A DNA stretch of 58,051 bases, taken from the NCBI GenBank assembly GCA_035937095.1, contig DASYVN010000183.1, positions 1-58,051 on the forward strand, written 5' to 3'. The DNA comes from Candidatus Limnocylindria bacterium (GTDB lineage: Bacteria; Chloroflexota; Limnocylindria; P2-11E). Position numbers and translations under genes: made by a program. This document shows, one piece after another, positions 45,166 to 55,005 of the stretch (position 1 is its first letter; the number at the start of each line of letters is the position of its first letter). Below the pieces are notes generated by a model. The model made no database searches, was not told the DNA's origin, and saw only the letters and a program-made list of their open reading frames with translations.

Positions 45166-45900
45166 TTGGGTAAGGCGGATGTCCAGCTGCACTCGGATCT
45201 CGGCGACGGGCTCAATTCACCCGAAGAGATCCTCGACGCCGCGGAAGCAGCGGGGCTCGACGTCATCGCCCTCACCGATCACGACGACATCCGCGGCTCG
45301 TTCCTCCTTCGCGACCTCGCGGCGAAGCGCCGGTCGGCGGTCGCGATCGCGACGGGCATCGAGGTGACGACACGCGCCGGTCACCTGCTGGCGCTGTTCG
45401 TGGAAGACGAGATCCCGATGTTCCGGCCGCTCGCCGAGACCGTGACCGCCATCCACCGTGCCGGGGGGATCGCGATCGTGCCGCATCCGCTCTCCTACCT
45501 CACCTTCTCCGTCGGCGAGCGGGCCCTGCGCACGCTCGCGGTCGGTGCCGACGGCGCGTCATTCGTCGACGGCATCGAGGTCCGTAATCCGAGCTATGCC
45601 GGGCGCGTCCGCGGCGAGCGCGCACGCTGGCTCAACGAGCACGTGCTCCGGGTGGCCGAGACCGGCTCGAGCGACGCGCACCACGCGAAGCTCGTCGGGA
45701 CCGCGTGGACCGAGTTCCCCGGCGACGACGTGACCGCGCTGCGCGCGGCGATCCTGGCGCGGACGACCCGCGCGCACGGCCGCACCTGGACCCTCGGCGA
45801 GCACCTCGACGGGGCCGCGAAGCAGCAGTGGCGATCGATCGTCCGCGACCCGTACAAGCGCGTCCGCCACCGGATGCGCCGGACCAAGAAGCCCGCATGA
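45166..45900 (+). CDS. PHP-domain phosphoesterase (TrpH/YciV-like) with a variant first metal motif
   Basis: 244 aa with a TTG start. It has DVQLHSDLGDG where PHP enzymes have D-x-H-x-H-S..SDG, so the first His is replaced by Gln. This is followed by ALTDHD, VPHP and SSDAHH. Confidence 0.75.
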   Translation: MGKADVQLHSDLGDGLNSPEEILDAAEAAGLDVIALTDHDDIRGSFLLRDLAAKRRSAVAIATGIEVTTRAGHLLALFVEDEIPMFRPLAETVTAIHRAGGIAIVPHPLSYLTFSVGERALRTLAVGADGASFVDGIEVRNPSYAGRVRGERARWLNEHVLRVAETGSSDAHHAKLVGTAWTEFPGDDVTALRAAILARTTRAHGRTWTLGEHLDGAAKQQWRSIVRDPYKRVRHRMRRTKKPA

Positions 45901-47012
45901 AGATCGGCATCGTGAGCCCGTATGCGTATCCGCGCCCAGGCGGGGCCAACGACAACATCCGAGAGACCTATGCGAACCTGCGCGGGCGCGGCCATGAGGT
46001 GCGGATCATCACGGCACCGTGGGGCGATGACCCGCCGGCGCAGGACGTCATCCAGATCGGCCAGGCCATCGCCATCCCGTACAACGGCAGCGTCGGCCGG
46101 ATCACGCTCTCCGCGCGGCTCGAGTACCTCGTGACCCGGATCCTCGACCGCGAACAGTTCGACATCGTCCACCACCACGAGCCGCTCGTGCCGCTGCTCT
46201 CGGCGCAGATCCTCGACCGGAAGGCCTGTCCCCAGGTCGCGACGTTCCACGCGTTCGGCGGCTTCTCGTTCAGCTACTGGCTGGGCCGGCCGATCGCGAA
46301 GCGCTACCTGAACAAGCTCGACGGACGCATCGCGGTCTCGAGCGCGGCGCGGCACTTCATCTCGCGCTACTTCCCCGGCGACTACCGGATCATCCCGAAC
46401 GGCGTCGAGGTGGACTTCTTCGCCAACGCGAAGCCGTTCCCCGAGTACCGCGACGGCAAGACCAACATCCTGTTCGTCGGACGGGTCGAGCCCCGCAAGG
46501 GCGCGCAGTACCTCGTTCGCGCGTACGCGAAGCTGAAGGAGCGCCATCCCGAGACCCGGCTCATCATCTGCGGGCGTGGCCCTGAGCTCGGCGAGCTGCG
46601 GAGGTTCGTGCACGAGCAGCGCGTCGGCGACGTGCTCCTTGCCGGCCGGGTGAGCGAGATCGACAAGGCCCGCTTCTACAAGACCGCCGACATCTTCTGC
46701 GCGCCCTCCACTGGGCAGGAGTCGTTCGGCATCGTGCTACTCGAGGCCATGGCCGCCGGCACCGCCGCGATCGCCAGCGACATCCACGGCTACAAGAAGG
46801 TGATCCAGCGGAACGTTTCGGGCTTGCTCGTCGAGCCGCGCGACGTCAATGCGCTCTGCGGCGCGCTCGAGCGCCTCGTGACCGAGCCAGCGCTGCGAAC
46901 GCAGCTCGGCACGGCGGGGTCGGCGCGCGCGCGCGAATTTGACTGGTCGCATGTGACCGATCAGCTGCTCGCCTTTTACGACGAGGTCATCCATGGCTAC
47001 CGCGGCGCTTGA
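45897..47012 (+). CDS. pimA: GT4 glycosyltransferase, probable phosphatidylinositol alpha-mannosyltransferase (PimA-like)
   Basis: 371 aa with MKIGIVSPYAYPRPGGANDNI, RVEPRKG and the E-x7-E region QESFGIVLLEAMAAGTAAIAS. The ATG overlaps the PHP stop (ATGA). The pimA call rests on context. Confidence 0.75.
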   Translation: MKIGIVSPYAYPRPGGANDNIRETYANLRGRGHEVRIITAPWGDDPPAQDVIQIGQAIAIPYNGSVGRITLSARLEYLVTRILDREQFDIVHHHEPLVPLLSAQILDRKACPQVATFHAFGGFSFSYWLGRPIAKRYLNKLDGRIAVSSAARHFISRYFPGDYRIIPNGVEVDFFANAKPFPEYRDGKTNILFVGRVEPRKGAQYLVRAYAKLKERHPETRLIICGRGPELGELRRFVHEQRVGDVLLAGRVSEIDKARFYKTADIFCAPSTGQESFGIVLLEAMAAGTAAIASDIHGYKKVIQRNVSGLLVEPRDVNALCGALERLVTEPALRTQLGTAGSARAREFDWSHVTDQLLAFYDEVIHGYRGA

Positions 47013-48183
47013 CGGGATCCGGGTCCTCGAGCTCGGCAACTACATCGCCGGCCCGTACGCCGGGACGCTCCTTGCGGACATGGGCGCGGACGTCGTCAAG
47101 ATCGAGTCGCCGGCGGGCGGCGACTACTCGCGCGAGCTCGGCCCGTTCGCGCCCGGCAGTCCTGACGGCGCCGGATTCCTGCGTCTCGATCGCAACAAGC
47201 GGAGCGTTGCGCTCGACCTGAAGTCCGACCTCGGGACGCGGGCGTTCCACGCGCTCGTCGCCTCGGCCGACGTCATCATCGAGAACCTGCGCGCGGGCAC
47301 GCTCGACCGGCTCGGCGTCGGTTACGACGCGCTCGCCGCGGCGTACCCGCGTCTCATCTACTGCTCCATCACCGGCTTCGGGCGGACCGGGCCGTACCGC
47401 GATCGCGCGGGCCTCGACCTCATCCTCCAGGCGGAGAGCGGCCTGATGAGCGTGACCGGTGAGCCAGGCCGGCCACCGGTCAAGGTCGGCGTGCCCGCAG
47501 TCGACCTGGCCTCCGCCCTATACGGCGCCTTCGCCATCGCGACCGCGCTCATCGCGCGCGAGCGGACCGGCCGGGGTCAGCTGATCGACCTCTCGCTCCT
47601 CGAGAGCGGCGTCTCGCTCGCGATCTGGGAATCGGGCGTGTACCTCACGACCGGCGAGGTCCCCGGCCCGCTCGGCTCGGCGCACCGGGTGACCGCGCCG
47701 TACCAGGCCTTCAAGACCGCCGACGGCTACGTCGCGATCGGCGCCACGACCCCGCCCACGTGGACGGCGTTCTGCCGGGTCAGCGGTCTGGAGCGCTTGC
47801 GCGAAGACCCAAGGTGGAGCGTCGCGACGCGGCGCCGCGAGCGCGCGACCGAGCTCGCGTCCATCATCGAGGCGGTAACAGTGAGCAAGCCGACGGATGA
47901 ATGGATGCGGTCCCTCTCGGCCGCGGGCGTGCCCTGCGGGCGGATCAACGACCTCGGCGCGGTCTTCGCCGATCCGCATCTGATGGAGCGCGGACTGTTC
48001 GTCGATCTGCCCCATCCCGTGCTCGGCTCGGTGCGTGCGATCGGCTCACCCCTGCATCTCTCGGACACGCCACCGGTCATGCGCCGGGCCGCACCGCTCC
48101 TGGGCGAGCACACCCGCGAAGTCCTGAGCGAGGCCGGCCTTCCGACGGCGGACATCGATGCGCTCACGGCGAGCGCGCGATGA
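46993..48183 (+). CDS. Family III CoA-transferase (CaiB/BaiF)
   Basis: 396 aa with LDGIRVLELGNYIAGPYAGTLLADMGADVVKIE and the catalytic Asp region (GLDLILQAESGLMSVTG). Confidence 0.88.
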   Translation: MATAALDGIRVLELGNYIAGPYAGTLLADMGADVVKIESPAGGDYSRELGPFAPGSPDGAGFLRLDRNKRSVALDLKSDLGTRAFHALVASADVIIENLRAGTLDRLGVGYDALAAAYPRLIYCSITGFGRTGPYRDRAGLDLILQAESGLMSVTGEPGRPPVKVGVPAVDLASALYGAFAIATALIARERTGRGQLIDLSLLESGVSLAIWESGVYLTTGEVPGPLGSAHRVTAPYQAFKTADGYVAIGATTPPTWTAFCRVSGLERLREDPRWSVATRRRERATELASIIEAVTVSKPTDEWMRSLSAAGVPCGRINDLGAVFADPHLMERGLFVDLPHPVLGSVRAIGSPLHLSDTPPVMRRAAPLLGEHTREVLSEAGLPTADIDALTASAR

Positions 48184-48956
48184 CCGTCCGGCTCGACAAG
48201 CGCGAAGCCGTCGCGTGGGTCACGTTCGATCGGCCGGAGGCGCGCAACGCGTTGACCCACGAGATGTACGCGAGCCTCGCGGACATCTGCACGGACCTCG
48301 CGGCGGACGACACGATCCGGGTCGTCGTGTTCCAGGGCCAAGGCGACGAGGCGTTCATCTCCGGGAGCGACATCCGAACGGTCGGTGAGATCCGCGGGCT
48401 CACGGACGCGCTCGCTTACGAGACGCACATCGAGCGCGGGATCGGGGGGGTCGAGCGGCTCCCCCAGGCCACGATCGCGCTCATCCGCGGCGTCGCCGCC
48501 GGCGGCGGCGCGGCGCTCGCGCTCGCGTGCGATATGCGCATCGCCGCGGACAACGCGCGGTTCGGCGTCCCGATCGCGCGCACTGTGGGGAACACACTGT
48601 CGCTGCGCAACGTGGCGCGGATGGTCCAGGTCATCGGGCCTGCGCTGACGAAGGAGCTGTTGTTCACCGGACGGCTCGCGACCGCCGTGGAGGTGCAGGC
48701 CGCCGGCGCGTTCAACGATGTCATCCCGCTCGAACGGATCGAAGCGCACGTGACGGCACTCGCCGATCGGATCAGCAAGAACGCGCCGCTCACGATCCGA
48801 GCGACGAAGCTGGCGGTGCTGCGCGTCCTCGAGACGGAGCGCGAGCGGCTCGGCGCGGGCGAGGACATCGTCGGCCTGGCCTACGACTCGGAGGACTTCC
48901 GCGAGGGCGTGACCGCCTTCTTAGAGAAGCGCGCGCCGGTGTGGAAAGGGCGCTAG
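48180..48956 (+). CDS. Enoyl-CoA hydratase/isomerase (crotonase family)
   Basis: 258 aa with VAWVTFDRPEARNAL, FISGSDI, the oxyanion region GVAAGGGAALALACDMRIA, and FREGVTAFLEKR. The ATG overlaps the upstream stop (ATGA). Confidence 0.9.
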   Translation: MTVRLDKREAVAWVTFDRPEARNALTHEMYASLADICTDLAADDTIRVVVFQGQGDEAFISGSDIRTVGEIRGLTDALAYETHIERGIGGVERLPQATIALIRGVAAGGGAALALACDMRIAADNARFGVPIARTVGNTLSLRNVARMVQVIGPALTKELLFTGRLATAVEVQAAGAFNDVIPLERIEAHVTALADRISKNAPLTIRATKLAVLRVLETERERLGAGEDIVGLAYDSEDFREGVTAFLEKRAPVWKGR

Positions 48957-50413
48957 GGGGCGATCGGCCGTCCGGCCGGCCCAGGCGCCGCGTCGCGGTC
49001 GGTACGCCGGGCCACGCCGTCGGCCCGTGCCGCGGCGCTCACGGCTTTGGCGATCGCGGGCACCACCTGCGCATCGAAGACCGACGGGAGGATGTACTCG
49101 GCCGATCGGAGCGCCGCAGGAACACTGTCGGCGAGCGCGGCCGCGGCCGCGAGCTCCATGTTCGTTGTGACCGTGCTCGCTCGGGCGTCGAGCAGGCCCC
49201 GGAACACCCCGGGGAACGCGAGGACGTTGTTCACCTGATTCGGGAAGTCGCTGCGGCCGGTGGCCATCACGTCCACCTCCAACGCGACCGCGACCGGGTC
49301 GACCTCCGGGTCAGGGTTCGCCATGGCGAACACGATCCGCGGTCGCGCCATCGTGCGGACCATCTCGACGCTCACGAGTCGCGGACCGGAGAGGCCGATG
49401 AGCACGTTCGCGTCTCTGAGCGCGTCCGCGAGCGGTCGGGCAGGCTCGTTCGAACCGAGCTCCTCCGCGAGGGCCCGCTTCTCGGCATTCAGGTCCGCTC
49501 GCTTGGTGGTCACCGTGCCGTTCCGGTCCGCCACGATGACGTGCTTCGCGCCCGCGATGCGGAGGAGTCGCGCGGTCGCGATCCCGGCCGCTCCGGCACC
49601 GAGCACCACGACGCGCAGGTCGTTGATCGACACGTTGCACACCGCTGCGGCGTTCCGAAGACCGGCGAGCACCGCGATGGCGGTGCCGTGCTGGTCGTCG
49701 TGGAAGACCGGGATGTCGAGCCGCTCGCGGAGCTGGCGCTCGATCTCGAAGCATGCCGGCGCGGCGATGTCCTCGAGGTTGATCCCGCCGAAGCCCACCG
49801 AGATCCGCGCGACGGCCTCGACCGTCTGCTCGACCGTGCCGGGCTGGATGACGATGGGGAACGCCGACACCCCGGCAAGATCCGCGAAGAGCAGCGATTT
49901 CCCTTCCATCACCGGCAGCGCGGCGAGCGGACCGACATTGCCCAGGCCGAGGACCGCGGTGCCGTCTGAGATGATCGCGATCGCGTTCGCGCGCTGAGTG
50001 AGAGCCCACGACCGCTCCGGATCGGCCGCGATCGCACGGGACACCCGGGCGACGCCAGGCGTGTAGACGAGCGACAGGTCGTCGCGATTGCGCACCGCCA
50101 CCCGGCCGGTCATCGCGACCTTGCCGCCCAGATGCATGAGGAAGGTGCGGTCGGACACCGAGCGCACCTCGACGCCGTCCACGTTCTTGAGGTCCGCGGT
50201 GAGCTGCTCGCCCGTCGCTTCGTCGGGCACGTCGACCGTCACGTCGCGGACATGTTTCTTCGGCGTGGCCTCGACCAGGTCGATCGCGCCGAGGCTACCG
50301 CCGCGCGCGCCGATGGTCCGCGCGACCTCGGCGAACATCCCGGGGCGGTTGTCGATCTCGAGCCGGATGACGAGGCGGTAAGCCGGGGACAGCACCGGGG
50401 GCATATTGGTCAC
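48953..50413 (-). CDS. NAD(P)-dependent malic enzyme with an N-terminal ACT domain
   Basis: 486 aa with an ACT-like N-terminus (RLEIDNRPGMFAEVARTIGARGG). The malic-enzyme motifs are VYTPGVA, GTAVLGLGN, FHDDQHGTA, VVLGAGAAG and ANPDPE. Confidence 0.9.
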   Translation of the reverse strand: MTNMPPVLSPAYRLVIRLEIDNRPGMFAEVARTIGARGGSLGAIDLVEATPKKHVRDVTVDVPDEATGEQLTADLKNVDGVEVRSVSDRTFLMHLGGKVAMTGRVAVRNRDDLSLVYTPGVARVSRAIAADPERSWALTQRANAIAIISDGTAVLGLGNVGPLAALPVMEGKSLLFADLAGVSAFPIVIQPGTVEQTVEAVARISVGFGGINLEDIAAPACFEIERQLRERLDIPVFHDDQHGTAIAVLAGLRNAAAVCNVSINDLRVVVLGAGAAGIATARLLRIAGAKHVIVADRNGTVTTKRADLNAEKRALAEELGSNEPARPLADALRDANVLIGLSGPRLVSVEMVRTMARPRIVFAMANPDPEVDPVAVALEVDVMATGRSDFPNQVNNVLAFPGVFRGLLDARASTVTTNMELAAAAALADSVPAALRSAEYILPSVFDAQVVPAIAKAVSAAARADGVARRTDRDAAPGPAGRPIAP

Positions 50414-50427
50414 TGCGACGAGGATAG

Positions 50428-51141
50428 CTAGAGGCCGAGGTACGCGGACCGGACGCTCGGGTCGCTCGCCATCTCGCTCGCCGACTTCGACAGCACGACG
50501 CGCCCGTTCTCGATGACGCTGGCCATCGATGCGACCTCGAGCGCGCGATGGACGTTCTGCTCGACGAGGAGCACCGTCACACCGCGCGCGACGATGTCGC
50601 TGACGACCCGGAAGACCTCGTCGACGAGGATCGGCGCGAGCCCGAGCGACGGCTCATCGAGCATGAGGACCTGCGGTTTTCCCATGAGCCCGCGGCCGAT
50701 CGCGGCCATCTGCTGCTCGCCACCGGACAGCGTTCCCGCGAGCTGCGCCCGGCGCTCGGCCAGCCGAGGGAAGAGCGCATACACGGTGCCGAGGGTCTCC
50801 GCCCGGTCGGCGCGCGACCGCGTGCCGTACGCGCCGAGGACGAGATTGTCCTCCACCGACATGTTCGGCCACAGATGCCGGCCCTCGGGTACCTGGATGA
50901 CGCCGCGCTCGACGATGCGGTGAGGCGACAGGCCGCTGAGGCGCTCGCCGTGCAGCAGCACCTCGCCCTCGAGCGCCGGCATGAGCCCGGAGATGACCCG
51001 AAGCGTGGTCGTCTTGCCCGCGCCGTTGCTCCCGAGGAGGGTCGCGACCTGGCCTTCCTCGACGGTGAAGCTCACGTCCCACAGCGCTTGCACGTCGCCG
51101 TACGCCGCCGCAATGCCGTGGACCTCCAGGACCGCGGCCAT
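50428..51141 (-). CDS. livF: Branched-chain amino acid ABC transporter, ATP-binding protein LivF
   Basis: 237 aa with GSNGAGKTT, LSGGEQQM and MLDEPSLGLAP. Confidence 0.9.
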   Translation of the reverse strand: MAAVLEVHGIAAAYGDVQALWDVSFTVEEGQVATLLGSNGAGKTTTLRVISGLMPALEGEVLLHGERLSGLSPHRIVERGVIQVPEGRHLWPNMSVEDNLVLGAYGTRSRADRAETLGTVYALFPRLAERRAQLAGTLSGGEQQMAAIGRGLMGKPQVLMLDEPSLGLAPILVDEVFRVVSDIVARGVTVLLVEQNVHRALEVASMASVIENGRVVLSKSASEMASDPSVRSAYLGL

Positions 51142-51884
51142 CAGGACGCCACCGCGCGCTCGCCGAGGTACGCCTTGATGACCACCGGATCGTTCGCGAT
51201 CTCGGCCGGAGTGCCGAGCGCGATGCTGCGGCCAAGGTCCATGACCATGATCCGGTCGGAGAGCGACATGATCGCCTTCATGACGTGCTCGACCATGACG
51301 ATGGTCACCCCGGAGTCGCGGATCTTGCGGATGAGCTCGACCATCCGCGCGCCCTCGGTGGGATTCAGGCCCGCGGCCACTTCGTCGAGGAGCAGCACGT
51401 CCGGCCGGGTCGCGAGGGCGCGCGCGACCTCGAGCCGCTTGCGACGCGCGAGGGTGAGCGACCGCCCGAGCGTCGCGCGATGCGGCGTGAGCTCGGTGAG
51501 CTCGAGGATCCGCCCGACCTCGGCGTCCGCCGCGCGTCCGCGGAGACGGCTCCGGCCATACAACACGCCGACGAGCACGTTCTTCTCCACCGGCATCTCG
51601 GCGAAGGGGCGAACGATCTGATGCGTCGTCGCGATCCCCATCGCGTTGATCGCATGGGCCGACCGCCCGCGGATCTCGCGTCCGCGGAGCGCGATGGACC
51701 CGGCGCTGGGGCTGTAGACGCCGGACAGGAGTCGAAACAGCGTGGTCTTGCCGGCGCCGTTCGGGCCGATGAGCCCGAAGATCTCGCGCTCGCGCACCTC
51801 GAGGTCGATGCCGTTCACGGCGACGAGACCCCCGAAGCGGCGGGTGACGCCGCGGCCGACCAGGATCGCCTCACTCCCGCTCAC
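51141..51884 (-). CDS. livG: Branched-chain amino acid ABC transporter, ATP-binding protein LivG
   Basis: 247 aa with GPNGAGKTT and LLLDEVAAGLNP, and a C-terminal BCA_ABC_TP_C-like end (PAEIANDPVVIKAYLG). The GTG at 51884 overlaps the livM stop (GTGA). Confidence 0.88.
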   Translation of the reverse strand: MSGSEAILVGRGVTRRFGGLVAVNGIDLEVREREIFGLIGPNGAGKTTLFRLLSGVYSPSAGSIALRGREIRGRSAHAINAMGIATTHQIVRPFAEMPVEKNVLVGVLYGRSRLRGRAADAEVGRILELTELTPHRATLGRSLTLARRKRLEVARALATRPDVLLLDEVAAGLNPTEGARMVELIRKIRDSGVTIVMVEHVMKAIMSLSDRIMVMDLGRSIALGTPAEIANDPVVIKAYLGERAVAS

Positions 51885-52885
51885 GACTCGCCGTCCCGTG
51901 GCATGAGCAGCGCGCGCGCGTACTTCGTGCTTCGGCCGAGCAGCCCGGCGATCCCGAGCGGCTCGAACATCACGATCACGACGAGGAGGACGCCGTAGAT
52001 CAGGGCCGGCAGGTACGGGTTGTTGACGATAGAGCTGATCCGGTCCTGGACCGACGAGTAGAGGATCGCACCGAACACCGGGCCCCAGACGGTGCCGAGG
52101 CCGCCTACGACCGGCATCAACACGAGGGCGATGGACTTGTCGAATCCGAACATCGACGCCGGGTCGAGGAACTGCTGGCGAGCCGCGTAGAGGCTGCCCG
52201 CCGTCGCGGCGAAGAACGCTGACGCGGCGAGCGCGAGCACCTGCAGCCGTGCCGTCGGGACGCCGACGGTCTCCGCGGCGTCGCGGTCCATGTTGATCGC
52301 GAACAGCCCGAGCCCGAAGCGGCCGGCGCGGATCCACATCGTCGTGAGCATCACCAGGACGAACACGACGACGGTGGCGTAGTGGACGGTCACGGGGTCA
52401 TACGTCGGCAGCGAGATGCCGGTCACGCCCTTCGTGAGCGTGACCCCGAAGATATCGTCGAAGTTCACGAAGAACAGCCGGGTGGCCTCACCGATGCCGA
52501 TGGTCGCGATCGCGAAGTACGGACCGCGCAACCGGAGGGTGGGGACGCCCACGAGCACCGCGTAGCCCGCGGCCACCAGACCGGCCACGGGAAGCGTGAG
52601 GAGCGGATCGACCTTCAGCTGTGACCAGAGGATCCCGGTGACGTACGCGCCCATCCCGAGGAACGCGGCGTGGCCGAACGAGATCTGGCCCGCGTAGCCA
52701 CCGATCATGTTCCAAGACGACGCGAGGATGGCGTACCAGAGCAGGAAGAACGTGATCCGCTGCAGATTGAACGAGCGCTCGTCGACGATCGGAATGAGGG
52801 CGATCGCCACAGCCACGGCGAGGACGAGCACGACCTGGCCGATGACGAGCGCGCGCTTCGAATAGCGGGACAGGAACGCGGTCAC
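51881..52885 (-). CDS. livM: Branched-chain amino acid ABC transporter permease LivM
   Basis: 334 aa from VTAFLSRY with GGYAGQISFGHAAFLGMGAY, typical of LivM. The GTG at 52885 overlaps the livH stop. The upstream part of the track ORF was rejected. Confidence 0.88.
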   Translation of the reverse strand: MTAFLSRYSKRALVIGQVVLVLAVAVAIALIPIVDERSFNLQRITFFLLWYAILASSWNMIGGYAGQISFGHAAFLGMGAYVTGILWSQLKVDPLLTLPVAGLVAAGYAVLVGVPTLRLRGPYFAIATIGIGEATRLFFVNFDDIFGVTLTKGVTGISLPTYDPVTVHYATVVVFVLVMLTTMWIRAGRFGLGLFAINMDRDAAETVGVPTARLQVLALAASAFFAATAGSLYAARQQFLDPASMFGFDKSIALVLMPVVGGLGTVWGPVFGAILYSSVQDRISSIVNNPYLPALIYGVLLVVIVMFEPLGIAGLLGRSTKYARALLMPRDGES

Positions 52886-53760
52886 GCGAGCCGCCGCCGC
52901 CGGATGATCGCCGCGAGCCCGCCGGGCATGACCACGAGGACCACGACCAAGAGGACGAACGACACGAGGTTCTCGAGCTGCGGCTTCGAGATCGTGACGG
53001 TGAGGTTCTCCGCCGCGGCGAGGACGAACGAGGCGACGGCGACCCCGGGGATGGACTCGAGGCCGCCGAGCACGATGATCGTGAAGCTCTTCAGCTGGAG
53101 GACCCCGTACGGAGTCACGGGGTCGAACGGGAAGACGGCGGTGAGGAGCGAGCCGGCCGCGGCCGCGAGCGCCGTCCCGAGACCGAAAGCGATCATCGAC
53201 ACCCGCCGCACATCGATGCCCGCGAGCCGGCAGGCATCGCGATCCTGGGCCAGGGCCCGGATGGCCCGGCCGAGGAATGTGCGGCGGAGGAACAGCTCGA
53301 GGCCGATGAGGATGATCACGCCCGCGACGAACACGAGGAGCCGGTTGTACGCGATGACGACATCGCCGATCCGGATGACCTCCTGGATGTACACCGGACG
53401 GACGGAGCGGACGTCGCCGCCAAGGAAGAGGCTCGCGCCGGCCTGCATCACGAGAAGGATGCCGAACAGGAGCAGCAACGAGATCACGGGCTTCTCGTTG
53501 AGGACGCGGCGGACGAAGACGACCTCGATGAGCGCGCCAACGACGAAGAAGAGTGGCGCGACGAGGAACACCGAGACGAGCGGGTCGAGCCCGAACGTCT
53601 GCCACAGGAAGAACGTCGCGAACGCTGCGAGCATCATCACGCCCGCGTTCGCCAGGTTGATGATCTTCATCACGCCATAAATGATGGCGAGCCCGTACGA
53701 CATGGTTGCGTACAGGCCCGCCACCAACAACGCGCTGATGAGCGCCTCTAGGAGGCGCAT
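52882..53760 (-). CDS. livH: Branched-chain amino acid ABC transporter permease LivH
   Basis: 292 aa, polytopic, with MSYGLAIIYGVMKIINLANAG, typical of LivH. Confidence 0.9.
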   Translation of the reverse strand: MRLLEALISALLVAGLYATMSYGLAIIYGVMKIINLANAGVMMLAAFATFFLWQTFGLDPLVSVFLVAPLFFVVGALIEVVFVRRVLNEKPVISLLLLFGILLVMQAGASLFLGGDVRSVRPVYIQEVIRIGDVVIAYNRLLVFVAGVIILIGLELFLRRTFLGRAIRALAQDRDACRLAGIDVRRVSMIAFGLGTALAAAAGSLLTAVFPFDPVTPYGVLQLKSFTIIVLGGLESIPGVAVASFVLAAAENLTVTISKPQLENLVSFVLLVVVLVVMPGGLAAIIRRRRLA

Positions 53761-53820
53761 TTACTGCTGCTCACGTGATTCGGCGAATGTGTAACAGACG
53801 CGCCAAGGAATGGTGCGGCC

Positions 53821-55005
53821 TCACGCGCGAAGCGCGGCTTGCTCGACCGTTTTCTCCGACGTCAAGAAGCGCTCTTCCGCCGCACCAACCCCCGCGCCGG
53901 CGGCGACCATATGGCCGCACTCGCGCAGGGCCATCTCGACCCCGCCGAGCGTGGCGAGGACCTCGAGCTCGTTCAGCGCGCCGAGGTGGCCGATGCGGAA
54001 CACCCGGCCGCGCAGTGTGCCGAGACCTACCCCGAGCGCGAGGTCGAACCGATCGCGCGCGCGGGCGATGAGCGCGTTCGAGTCGAGCCCCTCCGGCATG
54101 ACGACCGCGGTGAGGCTGTCCGAGTGCGCGTCGGGCTCCTCGCACACGATGCCGAGGCCCCACGCGCGGACCGCCGCGCGAACGCCGTCGGCGAGGCGAT
54201 AGTGCCGCGCGAAGACGTGCTCGAGACCTTCCGCGAAGAGCATGTCGAGCGCCTCGCGCAGCCCGAACAGCACGAGCGTCGCGGGCGTGTACGGGAAGAA
54301 GCCCGCGGCGTTGTCCTCGAGGATCGGGCGCCAGTCGAAGAAGTTCCGCGGGCTTCCGCCGTGCGATGCCACCTCGATCGCGCGTGGCGACGCGCACACG
54401 AAACCGAGCCCCGGCGGGAGCATGAGACCCTTCTGGCTGCCCGTGAGCGCGACATCGACGCCCCACTCGTCGAAACGAAAGTCCATGCTGCCGAGCGAGC
54501 TGACGGTGTCGACGATGAGCAGCGCGTCGCTGCGCTTCGCCTCGATCGCCTTCCGAACCGCGCGTACGTCACTGCGCACGCCGGTGGAGGTCTCGTTGTG
54601 CACGATGAGCACGGCTCGATGCTCCGGACGCAGGTGCTCCGCCACCGCTGACGCGGGCACGCTCTGCCCCCAGCGCAGCGGCACGAGATCGACGGCGAAG
54701 CCGAGGTTGCGCGCCGCCGCGGCGAACCCTGCGCTGAAGTGGCCGTACTCGAACGCGAGGACGCGGTCGCCCGGCGCGAGCACGTTCACGAGCGAGGCCT
54801 CCCACGCGCCTGTCCCCGACGACGGGTACACGATCACACGACCGCGCTCCGTCTTGAACACCCGCGCCAGGTCGGGCAGCAGGCCGCGCACGAGCGCGGC
54901 GAACGCCGGGCTGCGGTGATCGATGACCGCGCGGTCCATCGCGCGCAGCACGCGATCTGGAACGTTCGTCGGGCCGGGGATCTGGAGGAAGGGCCTGCCG
55001 CTCAC
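53821..55005 (-). CDS. Class V aminotransferase (serine-pyruvate / alanine-glyoxylate type)
   Basis: 394 aa from VSGRPFLQIPGPTNVP, with the PLP-Lys motif TGSQKGLMLPPGLG. The GTG at 55005 is preceded by GAGGG. Confidence 0.85.
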   Translation of the reverse strand: MSGRPFLQIPGPTNVPDRVLRAMDRAVIDHRSPAFAALVRGLLPDLARVFKTERGRVIVYPSSGTGAWEASLVNVLAPGDRVLAFEYGHFSAGFAAAARNLGFAVDLVPLRWGQSVPASAVAEHLRPEHRAVLIVHNETSTGVRSDVRAVRKAIEAKRSDALLIVDTVSSLGSMDFRFDEWGVDVALTGSQKGLMLPPGLGFVCASPRAIEVASHGGSPRNFFDWRPILEDNAAGFFPYTPATLVLFGLREALDMLFAEGLEHVFARHYRLADGVRAAVRAWGLGIVCEEPDAHSDSLTAVVMPEGLDSNALIARARDRFDLALGVGLGTLRGRVFRIGHLGALNELEVLATLGGVEMALRECGHMVAAGAGVGAAEERFLTSEKTVEQAALRA

